Assembly (NCBI GenBank): GCA_964387175.1
Contig: CAYLVJ010000003.1
Location: 1-40,744 of the forward strand
Reading direction: 5' to 3'
DNA from: an uncultured Candidatus Saccharibacteria bacterium
GTDB taxonomy: Bacteria > Patescibacteriota > Minisyncoccia > Minisyncoccales > CAYTKG01
DNA length: 40,744 nucleotides
Shown: positions 8,428 through 17,093 of the stretch, piece by piece
How the letters are laid out: the number at the start of each line of letters is the position of its first letter
How positions within the stretch are numbered: the stretch's first letter is position 1
Made by a program: the position numbers and the translations under genes
Notes under the pieces: generated by a model
What the model was told of the DNA's origin: nothing
Databases searched by the model: none
What the model saw: only the letters and a program-made list of their open reading frames with translations

Positions 8428-9573
8428 TTAAAAGCGCAGTCCAGCTTGAACTTCTTTTTCTTTTATTACCCTAACTTCTCCTCCTGATTCCAAAACAATC
8501 TTAACAAGCCACGGGGCTATATTCTCTACCACACGGCACTTGTCTTGCGAAGCGTAGGGCAGGAAATTTTCATCAACACAACCCTTTTTCTCCGCTTTAG
8601 GATGAATAAAAAGTGTCTTTATTTTTTTCAACCTGGCTGCTTTTAAAACTTCTTCCCATCCCTTTTTAAGCTTTTCGGGAGTTTCTTCATATTCTTCCAT
8701 CATTTTTTTTGTTCTTTTTGCCTGGTGTTTATCGATAATTTCAAGAGTTTTTCTTTTCAAGCCTTCTTCTTTTTGAAAAGATTTTTTCATCAATATTGGT
8801 TCGAAGCGACTTTTTAAACTATTTTTCTTGACAAAAGGTTTGATGATTTCTTGGAAAGGTTCGGAATAAAAAACAATTAGGTATTCAATCTTTTTATCAA
8901 GAGATGAGGCCGATCTTAAACTTTTTGATAAATCGCTTAAAAACAACCGGTTTTCTTTTTCCTTTCCTTTCTGAATTTTGTTCTCTCCTGTGCCGTAGTA
9001 AGCTTTTTGTTCCTTGCCCAATTTGGCTTTTTTAAGCCCTTCCTTTCTTTCTTTAACTTTAGCGTCGCGGTATTCATTCTTTTTCTTTAAAAGTAAAGAA
9101 AAATCTCCCCCTTGAAGAGAATAAACTTTTGCTCCAGATCTTTTTATTGCCATTACAACTGCACTTTCCACCCTGTTTTGCATCCAAATCAATTGATCAA
9201 CGTCAAAAGAAGTGGCAATATTAACTTCTTTTTCAGGAGAATAAGGAAGGTGAACAATAAAAGTTTTGATTTTTTGTTCTCCTTTTGTGGGAAGCAAAGC
9301 GAAAAGAGCTATTCCTTCTTTAAAGCTTTCTTCTTCGCTTAACTCTTCTTCTATTTTTTGAGTAAGTTCATCTCTCAACTTACTTTCTTTTTTCAGCAGA
9401 TGATGTTTTTTCAGGGCTTCTCTCCCCAAAGAAGATAATCTTCTTCCAAGTTCTTTGGAAAGCGGTCGATTCATCATCTCCGGTGTTATGGGAAGATAAA
9501 AAGAAAGGAAAAAAGTTTCCTTTTCTTCTATCGTGGAAAGAAGTTTTTTAATTGTTTTTTGTAAAAGTTTCAA
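8428..9573 (-). CDS. Bacterial eRF1/Pelota-like (baeRF-type) protein, putative
   Basis: 381 aa. Central block AVVMAIKRSGAKVYSLQGG and C-terminal block EEVLKAARLKKIKTLFI...LVKIVLESGGEVRVI resemble eRF1/Pelota domains 2 and 3. No GGQ is seen. The start codon at 9573 is TTG. Confidence 0.4.
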   Translation of the reverse strand: MKLLQKTIKKLLSTIEEKETFFLSFYLPITPEMMNRPLSKELGRRLSSLGREALKKHHLLKKESKLRDELTQKIEEELSEEESFKEGIALFALLPTKGEQKIKTFIVHLPYSPEKEVNIATSFDVDQLIWMQNRVESAVVMAIKRSGAKVYSLQGGDFSLLLKKKNEYRDAKVKERKEGLKKAKLGKEQKAYYGTGENKIQKGKEKENRLFLSDLSKSLRSASSLDKKIEYLIVFYSEPFQEIIKPFVKKNSLKSRFEPILMKKSFQKEEGLKRKTLEIIDKHQAKRTKKMMEEYEETPEKLKKGWEEVLKAARLKKIKTLFIHPKAEKKGCVDENFLPYASQDKCRVVENIAPWLVKIVLESGGEVRVIKEKEVQAGLRF

Positions 9574-9632
9574 TTTTGTTTTTTAATCTTTAATGCTATC
9601 TTATAATAACAAATTTAAATCCTTTTTTAAAT

Positions 9633-10373
9633 ATGCAGTTAAATCAATTGATAATTTTAGGCCTTCTTCAAGGAGTATTCGAGTGGCTTCCCGTCTCAAG
9701 TGAAGGAGTGGTAGCTTTGGCAGGTGGATTTTTAAAAATAAAAGATCCAATTGAAGTTGCTCTTTTTTTACACTTGGGTACGATTTTCGCCGTCATGTTT
9801 TATTTCCGCAAAGACTGGCTTAACGTCATAAGAAGAAAGAACGATAAAATGTTGAAGCTTCTTTTAATTTCCACCCCGGTTTCTTTAGCTGTTGCCTTTC
9901 CGATTTATTACCACCTGAGAAAAGTGGCCTCTGAAGAGCTTCTTTTACTTTTAACGGGCTTTGCACTTCTTTTAACCGCCTACTTTCACAAGAAAAAATT
10001 GAAGTTTAATATTTCTTGGAAGGCGCTTTCCTTTTTAACTGGATTTTTGCAGGGACTTTCCGTTGTTCCCGGAGTTTCAAGATCGGGTTCAACCGTTTTC
10101 GGACTTTCCTTAGGAAACTTAAAAGGAGAGGAAATTTTAAAAACATCTTATATGATGTCGGTTCCTGTAGTTTTAGCCTCCAGTGGTTTTCTTTTTTGGA
10201 AAAATCCTGAGTTGGCATTAGAAAACTGGCCGGCCCTCATCGCAAGTTTTACGATTGGAGTCTTAACCTTAAAAACAATTTTAAATTGGACAAAAAGAGT
10301 TGACTTTTTCAAGGTGGTCCTTGTTTTCGCGCTTTTTTGTTTTGCGGGAGCGGGACTTACTTTTTTTCTGTAA
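9633..10373 (+). CDS. uppP: Undecaprenyl-diphosphate phosphatase
   Basis: Polytopic membrane protein with the EWLPVSSEG and PGVSRSGST motifs typical of BacA/UppP. Confidence 0.8.
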   Translation: MQLNQLIILGLLQGVFEWLPVSSEGVVALAGGFLKIKDPIEVALFLHLGTIFAVMFYFRKDWLNVIRRKNDKMLKLLLISTPVSLAVAFPIYYHLRKVASEELLLLLTGFALLLTAYFHKKKLKFNISWKALSFLTGFLQGLSVVPGVSRSGSTVFGLSLGNLKGEEILKTSYMMSVPVVLASSGFLFWKNPELALENWPALIASFTIGVLTLKTILNWTKRVDFFKVVLVFALFCFAGAGLTFFL

Positions 10374-10379
10374 CTTACT

Positions 10380-10385
10380 TATACT
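10380..10385 (+). promoter_or_regulatory. Candidate -10 box (TATACT) placed 8 nt before the valS ATG
   Basis: TATACT at 10380-10385 and ATG at 10394. There is no SD and the -35 is poor (TTACTT). Confidence 0.3.
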
Positions 10386-10393
10386 AAAATAAT

Positions 10394-12631
10394 ATGGACA
10401 AACAATACGATCCAAAAAAATATGAAGAGGGGGTTTACAAGAAATGGGAGAAAGAAAACTGTTTCAAGGCAGAAATAGATCCCGACAAAAAACCTTTTAC
10501 CATTCTTCTTCCACCCCCCAACGCTAATGATTCCTTGCACGTGGGACACGCCCTTTTTACCGTGGAAGATATTCTCTGCCGGTGGCACAGGATGAAGGGA
10601 GATCCCACCCTTTTTCTTCCGGGTACAGATCACGCTGGGATAGAAACTCAATACGTGTTTGAAAAGAAACTTCAAGAGAAAGGGAAAAGCCGGTTTGATT
10701 TTGATCGAGACACTCTTTACGAGAAAATAAAAGAGTACGTGGAAAAAAACAGAGGGATCGCTAAAAAACAAATGAAAAGCCTCGGCTTTAGTTTGGACTG
10801 GTCAAGAGAGAGGTATACGCTGGAGCCTGAAATTTTGGAAACGGTTTTTGACACCTTCGAGAAACTCCATGAAGACGGGTTAGTTTACAGAGGAGAAAGA
10901 ATTGTTAATTACTGTCCTCACTGCGGAACCGCTTTTTCCAACCTTGAGGTAGAACACGAAGAAAGAAAAGACTATCTTTATCACTTGGACTACGGATCAG
11001 TTAACGTGGCAACCACCCGCCCGGAAACAATCTTTGCCGACTCCGCCGTCGCCGTAAACCCCGAAGATCCTCGTTTTAAGAACCTAGAAGGAGGCGAGGC
11101 GGTAATCCCTCTCACGGAGAAAAAGATACCTGTTGTAAAAGACGAGTTGGTGGACCAGGAGTTTGGAACCGGGGCTTTGAAGGTCACTCCTGCTCACGAT
11201 GAAACTGATTTTGAGATCGGACAAAAACATGACCTTTCATTTTCAAAGGTGGTCAGCTTAGAAGGAAAGATGATAAACGTTCCGAAAAAGTATGAAGGAA
11301 TGAGAGTCCTTGAGGCCAGAAAAGCAGTTGTTAGCGATCTTGAAAAAGAAAAGAAATTGATAAAAAAAGAACCCATAAAACACACCGTTAAAGTTTGTTA
11401 CCGTTGTAAAAACCTGATCGAACCTCTTACCATGCCCCAGTGGTTTGTGAAGATAAAACCCTTGGCGGAGCCGGCTATTGAAGTGGTTAAAAGTAAAGAC
11501 TTGGAGATTTTCCCTGAAAGGTTTAAAAAAATATATCTTCAATGGATGGAAGACATTCATGATTGGAATATAAGCAGGCAGATTGTTTGGGGGCCGAGAA
11601 TACCGGCTTGGTATTGTGTAAAGTGCAACCCTGAAATTTTAATAACCTTTATCGATAAAGAAGGAAAAAACCACACCGATCGTTTGGGATCTCTCTTGGA
11701 AAAATACAAATTGGAAGAAATTAAAAATGGGCTTCAAAGTTTGGTAGCTCCTAAAAATTCTTCTTATTCCCTTGAAAAAGGAAAGTGTCCTCAATGCGGG
11801 TCGGAAAAAACACTGCAGGAAACAGACACTTTTGACACTTGGTTCTCTTCGGGACAGTGGCCCCTGACCTCTTTGGGTTTCCCCGACAGTGAAGATTTTA
11901 AATACTTCTACCCAACGGATGTTTTAGACACGATGTGGGATATTTTGTTCTTTTGGGTGGCAAGGATGGTCATGCTCAGTCTTTATCGAACAGGAGAGAT
12001 TCCTTTTAAGGTTGCCCATATGCACTGTAGAATTGTTGACGAGAAGGGTCAAAAAATGAGTAAAAGCAGGGGAAATGTTGTTAACCCCTTGGAAATTGCG
12101 GAAGAATACGGCACCGACGCTTTGCGGATGTCGCTGGTTTTTGGAACTTCTCCCGGAGGAGATATTTCCCTAGGGAAAGACAAGTTCAAAGCTATGCGTA
12201 ATTTTGCCAACAAGATTTGGAATGCGTCTCGGTTCGTAAGCATTATGCTTGAAAGAAACGAAGGAGAAGTAAACTGGGAGCAGCCGGTAGGCGAAGAAGA
12301 CAAAGAGATTTTAAAAAAGCTGGATGAATTGATAAAAGAAGTGGACCATCAACTTGAAAACTTCAGGTTCGGATTGGCCCTGGAAGAAATCTACGAGTTC
12401 TTTTGGCATGATTTCTGCGATGAATACCTGGAAAGTTCAAAAGAAAGAGTAGAGGAAGCGCTTCCTATATTAATCGAAGTTCTAGTTGAAACCTTGAAAC
12501 TTCTTCATCCTTTTGCTCCTTTCATAACCGAGGTCATTTACGACGTCTTTAAAGAAAAACTTGAAAATGAAAAATTATTTGACCGGGAATTTATCACCGT
12601 GGCCAAGTGGCCGCAACCAAAGTCGAATTAA
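10394..12631 (+). CDS. valS: Valine--tRNA ligase, short form without the C-terminal coiled-coil
   Basis: PPPNANDSLHVGHA (HIGH), KMSKS, ValRS-type editing-domain blocks TTRPETIFADSAVAVNPEDPRF and GTGALKVTPAHD. 745 aa. Confidence 0.85.
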   Translation: MDKQYDPKKYEEGVYKKWEKENCFKAEIDPDKKPFTILLPPPNANDSLHVGHALFTVEDILCRWHRMKGDPTLFLPGTDHAGIETQYVFEKKLQEKGKSRFDFDRDTLYEKIKEYVEKNRGIAKKQMKSLGFSLDWSRERYTLEPEILETVFDTFEKLHEDGLVYRGERIVNYCPHCGTAFSNLEVEHEERKDYLYHLDYGSVNVATTRPETIFADSAVAVNPEDPRFKNLEGGEAVIPLTEKKIPVVKDELVDQEFGTGALKVTPAHDETDFEIGQKHDLSFSKVVSLEGKMINVPKKYEGMRVLEARKAVVSDLEKEKKLIKKEPIKHTVKVCYRCKNLIEPLTMPQWFVKIKPLAEPAIEVVKSKDLEIFPERFKKIYLQWMEDIHDWNISRQIVWGPRIPAWYCVKCNPEILITFIDKEGKNHTDRLGSLLEKYKLEEIKNGLQSLVAPKNSSYSLEKGKCPQCGSEKTLQETDTFDTWFSSGQWPLTSLGFPDSEDFKYFYPTDVLDTMWDILFFWVARMVMLSLYRTGEIPFKVAHMHCRIVDEKGQKMSKSRGNVVNPLEIAEEYGTDALRMSLVFGTSPGGDISLGKDKFKAMRNFANKIWNASRFVSIMLERNEGEVNWEQPVGEEDKEILKKLDELIKEVDHQLENFRFGLALEEIYEFFWHDFCDEYLESSKERVEEALPILIEVLVETLKLLHPFAPFITEVIYDVFKEKLENEKLFDREFITVAKWPQPKSN

Positions 12632-12650
12632 AAACCAATAATTTATTTTT

Positions 12651-13427
12651 ATGGAAAATCCAAAAGGAAAATGGGAAAAAATAGTTTTATCAGCCGCCTT
12701 GTCTTTGGTGTCTGTCGCCCTTATCTTTTTCTTGGGAGTAACCACTTGGAACAGGATCGAAGCTCGAAAGTATATCGGAAGTGAAATAGAAGACAAAGGA
12801 AGTATTAGTGTCACCGCCAGTGAGGAAATTTATGTCAAGCCCGATTTAGCTCAAGCCAACTTTTCGGTAGTTACAGAGGAAAGAACCGTAGAAGCCGCCA
12901 TGAATTTCAATTCCGAATTAATGAATAAAATAATCGAAGCGGTAAAAGAAAAAGGAGTAGAAGATGAAGACTTAAAAACCATCCGCTTTAATATTTCTCC
13001 CCGGTATGAATATCCAGACAACAGATGGGGCGGAGAAAGAGTACTTATAGGTTATGAAGTGACCCAAACCTTACAAGTTAAGATAAGAGATATGGATAGT
13101 ATAGGGGAAGTTATTGATGCTGCAACCGGAGAAGGAGCCAACCGTATGGGCGGTTTGACACTCACTGTTAGTGATAAAGAAGCGGTAGAAAAAGAAGCAA
13201 GGTCTAAAGCAATAGAAAAAGCGAAAGAGCGTGCTAAAACATTATCCAGTCAACTCGGAGTACGCCTGGGAAGACTCTTAAGCTTCAGTGAAGACCAAGG
13301 GCAAGCTCCTCGGTTTTACTATGAAGCTGGAGATGTGGCAATGGGAAGTGCGGGAGAGACGCCCGATGTTCAAACGGGAGAAAACAAAGTTGAAGTCGCA
13401 GTCACCCTTACTTACGAAATAAAATAA
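12651..13427 (+). CDS. SIMPL-domain (DUF541) periplasmic/membrane-anchored protein
   Basis: N-terminal TM helix. Layout and blocks (ISVTASEEIYVKPD..., YEVTQTLQVKIRD, ARSKAIEKAKERA) are typical of SIMPL/26-kDa periplasmic immunogenic protein. Confidence 0.65.
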   Translation: MENPKGKWEKIVLSAALSLVSVALIFFLGVTTWNRIEARKYIGSEIEDKGSISVTASEEIYVKPDLAQANFSVVTEERTVEAAMNFNSELMNKIIEAVKEKGVEDEDLKTIRFNISPRYEYPDNRWGGERVLIGYEVTQTLQVKIRDMDSIGEVIDAATGEGANRMGGLTLTVSDKEAVEKEARSKAIEKAKERAKTLSSQLGVRLGRLLSFSEDQGQAPRFYYEAGDVAMGSAGETPDVQTGENKVEVAVTLTYEIK

Positions 13428-13450
13428 CAAAAGTTAAAACAATAAAAAAT

Positions 13451-14014
13451 ATGAAAAAAGGATTAGTTACAACCTTAGTCATTCTCGGGCTTGTCGGGAT
13501 TATCGCTGTTTTCGCTTGGAGTTCTTACAACCGCCTCATAAGCGCCGAAGAAAATGTTAACAACAAATGGGCTCAGGTAGAAACCCAATATCAAAGAAGA
13601 TTCGACCTTATCCCCAACCTGGTGGAATCAGTCAAGGGGGCTATGGGCCAAGAACAAGAAGTTTTCGGGGAGATAGCGGAAGCAAGAACCAGATACGCTG
13701 GCGCGGAAACGGTTGACGAAAAGGTGAGAGCAGCCGGAGAAGTAGAAAGCGCCTTGGCTCGACTGCTTGTCATTATGGAAAATTATCCGGAGTTAAAATC
13801 GATAGAGGCGGTTCAAACTTTGATGGTGCAGTTGGAAGGAACGGAAAACCGAATAAGTGTAGAAAGAAAAAGGTACAACGATGCGGTTCAAAGTTACAAC
13901 CTTTTAACTAAAAGACTTCCCACCAACTTAATAGCCAAACTTTTCGGATTTGAAGAGAAACCTTACTTCGAATCAGTAGAAGGAGCAGAAGTAGCACCAG
14001 GGGTGGAGTTTTAA
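13451..14014 (+). CDS. lemA: LemA family protein
   Basis: N-terminal TM helix and the WAQVETQYQRRFDLIPNLVE block characteristic of LemA. Confidence 0.85.
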   Translation: MKKGLVTTLVILGLVGIIAVFAWSSYNRLISAEENVNNKWAQVETQYQRRFDLIPNLVESVKGAMGQEQEVFGEIAEARTRYAGAETVDEKVRAAGEVESALARLLVIMENYPELKSIEAVQTLMVQLEGTENRISVERKRYNDAVQSYNLLTKRLPTNLIAKLFGFEEKPYFESVEGAEVAPGVEF

Positions 14015-14020
14015 TTTTTG

Positions 14021-14051
14021 CGGGCTGTGTGGGATCTTCTCACGCAGCCTG
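14021..14051 (+). other. GC-rich stem-loop between lemA and the TPM gene, with no T-tract
   Basis: GGCTGTGTGGG (14023-14033), loop ATCTT, CTCACGCAGCC (14039-14049). The stem is 11 bp including two G-U pairs and is extendable by 2 bp. Confidence 0.4.
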
Positions 14052-14058
14052 TTAAAAG

Positions 14059-14961
14059 ATGAAAAACGTCTCAAAAAATATATTTCTTTTTTTCTTTTTC
14101 GCGGGACTTATTTTCCCTCTTTTTTCCCTTTCTTATTTCAATCCGGGTTCTCCGACCGGTTACGTGAACGACTACGCTCGTATGCTTTCTTCAGAAGAAA
14201 AAGAAGCGATTGAGAAAAAACTAGATCTTTTTGAAAAAACAACCACTCATGAAATTGCCGTTGTAACTATAGAAAGTCTTAAGGGAGATTCAATTGAAAA
14301 CTTTGCTGTTCAGCTTTTTTCCGATTGGGGTATAGGAAAAAAGGATAAAGACAACGGAGTGTTGTTTCTCATTGCAGAAAAAGAAAGAAAAACAAGAATA
14401 GAGGTTGGATACGGCTTGGAAGGAGCTTTAACCGACGCTCAAAGTTATTGGATTTTAAAAAGAGTGGTTGAACCGGCGTTTCAAGACGGAAAGTTTTACC
14501 AGGGGATAGACGAGGCAACGAATAAAATAATGGAGGCGGTTCAGGGAGAAGAGATTCCTTCCTTAGAAAAAGAAACTCCGAATTGGCTGAAGTATCTTTT
14601 TGGTTCTTTTTTCTCCGTTTTAATATTTGGGAGTTGGTTTTTCAGTCTCATTTTTCGGATGGGAACGACAAAGGCTTGGTGGCCGGGAGGGGTGTGGGGA
14701 GGAGCTTTAGCGTTTATTATATCCTTAACTTTCGGGTTCTTATTTATCGGAATAGGGGCTTTTGTTTTACTTGTCCCACTGGGTTTAGCTCTTGATTATT
14801 ACTTGTCTAAAAAGTTTTATCACCGCTTTAAAAAAGGAAGTGTTCCTGGGTGGATGCGCTCCATGTCTTCAAGCGGAAGAAGTGGAGCCAGCTCTTCCGG
14901 TGGTTTCGGAGGATTCAGCGGCGGGAGTTCAGGAGGCGGAGGCGCCTCCGGAGGCTGGTAA
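14059..14961 (+). CDS. TPM-domain (YgcG-like) membrane protein with a Gly/Ser-rich tail
   Basis: GYVNDYARMLSSEEKEAIEKKLDLFEKTTTHEIAVVTI is the TPM phosphatase-domain signature. TM helices are followed by a GGFGGFSGGSSGGGG tail. The pairing with LemA is classic. Confidence 0.8.
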   Translation: MKNVSKNIFLFFFFAGLIFPLFSLSYFNPGSPTGYVNDYARMLSSEEKEAIEKKLDLFEKTTTHEIAVVTIESLKGDSIENFAVQLFSDWGIGKKDKDNGVLFLIAEKERKTRIEVGYGLEGALTDAQSYWILKRVVEPAFQDGKFYQGIDEATNKIMEAVQGEEIPSLEKETPNWLKYLFGSFFSVLIFGSWFFSLIFRMGTTKAWWPGGVWGGALAFIISLTFGFLFIGIGAFVLLVPLGLALDYYLSKKFYHRFKKGSVPGWMRSMSSSGRSGASSSGGFGGFSGGSSGGGGASGGW

Positions 14962-14974
14962 AGTAAAAAAGGGA

Positions 14975-15007
14975 AGCCATCCTTGAAGAGGAGGGCTTTT
15001 TTATTTT
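14975..15007 (+). terminator. Probable rho-independent terminator after the TPM gene
   Basis: AGCCATCCT (14975-14983), loop TGAAG, AGGAGGGCT (14989-14997) with one A/G mismatch, followed by TTTTTTATTTT. Confidence 0.5.
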
Positions 15008-15012
15008 ATAAT
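14983..15012 (+). promoter_or_regulatory. Candidate promoter of the uvrBAC block (TTGAAG-N18-TATAAT)
   Basis: TTGAAG at 14983-14988 and TATAAT at 15007-15012. The second in-frame ATG of uvrB (15020) lies 7 nt after the -10. Confidence 0.4.
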
Positions 15013-17092
15013 GAAAAGCATGGAAAAATTTCATTTAAAATCAAACTTCAACCCAAAAGGAGATCAGCCCCAGGCAATTAAAAAGCTAACGCGGGGGGTA
15101 AAAAGAAGTCAAGACCACCAAGTTCTTTTGGGAGTAACTGGATCGGGAAAAACTTTCGTCGCCTCCAAGGTGATAGAAAACCTTCAGATGCCGACGCTTG
15201 TCATTTCGCACAATAAAACTTTGGCCGGACAGCTCTTTCAGGAATTTAGAGAGTTTTTCCCTGAAAATGCGGTTCATTACTTTGTTTCCTACTACGACTA
15301 TTACCAGCCGGAAGCTTACGTACCTCAAAGAGACCTTTACATTGAAAAAGAATCGAGTATTAATGAAAAGATAGAAATCCTGCGACACTCCGCCACCCAG
15401 GCCCTTATGAGCAGAAAAGACGTATTGGTGGTTGCTTCCGTTTCCTGCATATATGGACTAGGACAACCCAAAGACTATGCTTCTTTAAGTGAAACGTTTA
15501 AAAAGGGAGGGGGGGTTAAAAGAAGCGAGGTTTTACGCTCTCTTGTTAATCTTTTGTATGAAAGAAACGACTGGGATTTAAAAAGAGGTGGTTTTCGGGT
15601 GAGGGGCAACACTGTCGATATTTTCCCTCCCTATGGAGAAAGAGCTCTCAGGATAGAAATTTTAGGAGAAAAGATAAGACGCCTGAGATGGATCGAGCCG
15701 GAAAGTGCAGCTCTTTTTAAGGAAGTAGAAAAAGAAACTCTTTTTCCAGCTGAACATTTTATCACCCCTGAAAAACGTTTGAAAAAAGCAACTAGGTTGA
15801 TTGAGATGGAGCTTGAAGAGAGAGTTAAAGAGTTGGAGAAAAAGGGTAAGAAAATAGAGGCGTATCGGTTGGAGCAAAGAACAAAACATGATCTTGAGCT
15901 GATGCGGGAACTTGGTTTTTGCCCCGGCATAGAAAATTACTCGCGTTATCTTTCGGGAAGAAAAAAAGGAGAACCACCTTACACCCTCCTTGATTATTTC
16001 AAGCGGGGTTTGGAGGGAAAAGAAAGAGACTTTTTGTGCATCATCGACGAGTCCCACATGACCATCCCCCAGATCAGAGGAATGTATGCTGGAGATAGAG
16101 CGCGTAAAAAAACGCTTGTGGAGCACGGTTTTCGTCTTCCTTCAGCGCTTGACAACAGACCGCTTCGTTTTCAAGAATTTCAAAAAAGGGTTCCTCTTTC
16201 TATTTATACTTCCGCTACTCCGGGCAACTGGGAAATCAAAAAAGCAGAAGAAGAGGCCGAAAAACATGACTTAGGGTCTGAAAAAGGGGTTATAGAGCAG
16301 ATCGTAAGGCCAACCGGGCTTCTTGACCCGGAGGTTGAGATTCGTCCTCTCAAAAACCAAATTGAAGACCTTATCCGAGAAATTGCAAAAAGAAAAAAAA
16401 GAGGAGAAAGGGTTTTAGTGACAACCCTTACCAAGAGAATGGCGGAGCAGTTGGCGGATTATCTTTCTAACAACGTGAAGGTTAAAAAACTCCTGGGAAA
16501 AAAGGTTCCCGAGATAAAAACAAGTTATCTTCACAGTGAGATAAAAACGTTGGAAAGAAGTGAAATTCTTCTCAAGCTTAGAAAAGGAGAAATAGACGTT
16601 GTGGTGGGTATAAATCTTCTTCGGGAAGGGTTGGACCTGCCCGAAGTTTCATTGGTTGCTGTTTTAGACGCCGATAAGGAAGGCTTCTTGAGATCGGAAA
16701 CCGCTTTGGTTCAAACAATGGGAAGAGCGGCTCGCAACAAAGCTGGTAAAGCCATTCTTTACGCGGACAAAAAAACAGGTTCCATTAAAAAAGCTGTGGA
16801 GGAAGTTGAAAGAAGAAGAAAAAAACAAAAAGAGTTCAACCGAAAACACGGCATTACCCCTGAAACAATTAAAAAATCCTTCCGGAGAGGTATTTTAAGC
16901 GGAAGGCCCGGCTTGAAAAAAGAGGGAGACGCAGAAGAAGACAGGTGGTCTAAACTTCCTCCCCGGGAACTTCGGAAAAAAATAATCGGGTGGGAAAAGG
17001 AAATGAAAAAAGCCGCCAATGACTTGGATTTTGAAAAAGCGGCTGATCTAAGAGACAAGATAAGAAAATATAAAAAAGAAATAAGTTCTTGA
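15011..17092 (+). CDS. uvrB: Excinuclease ABC subunit B
   Basis: [33 protein letters not shown] and a C-terminal UVR motif ([12 protein letters not shown]). The start may be the ATG at 15020 (MEKFHL...). Confidence 0.95.
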   Translation: MKSMEKFHLKSNFNPKGDQPQAIKKLTRGVKRSQDHQVLLGVTGSGKTFVASKVIENLQMPTLVISHNKTLAGQLFQEFREFFPENAVHYFVSYYDYYQPEAYVPQRDLYIEKESSINEKIEILRHSATQALMSRKDVLVVASVSCIYGLGQPKDYASLSETFKKGGGVKRSEVLRSLVNLLYERNDWDLKRGGFRVRGNTVDIFPPYGERALRIEILGEKIRRLRWIEPESAALFKEVEKETLFPAEHFITPEKRLKKATRLIEMELEERVKELEKKGKKIEAYRLEQRTKHDLELMRELGFCPGIENYSRYLSGRKKGEPPYTLLDYFKRGLEGKERDFLCIIDESHMTIPQIRGMYAGDRARKKTLVEHGFRLPSALDNRPLRFQEFQKRVPLSIYTSATPGNWEIKKAEEEAEKHDLGSEKGVIEQIVRPTGLLDPEVEIRPLKNQIEDLIREIAKRKKRGERVLVTTLTKRMAEQLADYLSNNVKVKKLLGKKVPEIKTSYLHSEIKTLERSEILLKLRKGEIDVVVGINLLREGLDLPEVSLVAVLDADKEGFLRSETALVQTMGRAARNKAGKAILYADKKTGSIKKAVEEVERRRKKQKEFNRKHGITPETIKKSFRRGILSGRPGLKKEGDAEEDRWSKLPPRELRKKIIGWEKEMKKAANDLDFEKAADLRDKIRKYKKEISS

Positions 17093-17093
17093 A

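Noticed and set aside
14583-14986. Alternative-frame ORFs over the 3' end of the TPM gene, suggesting a frameshift or overlapping gene.
   Set aside because: The main frame continues without interruption through TM helices into a Gly/Ser-rich tail typical of YgcG-like proteins. The alternative frames are by-products of the GC-richer Gly-codon region.
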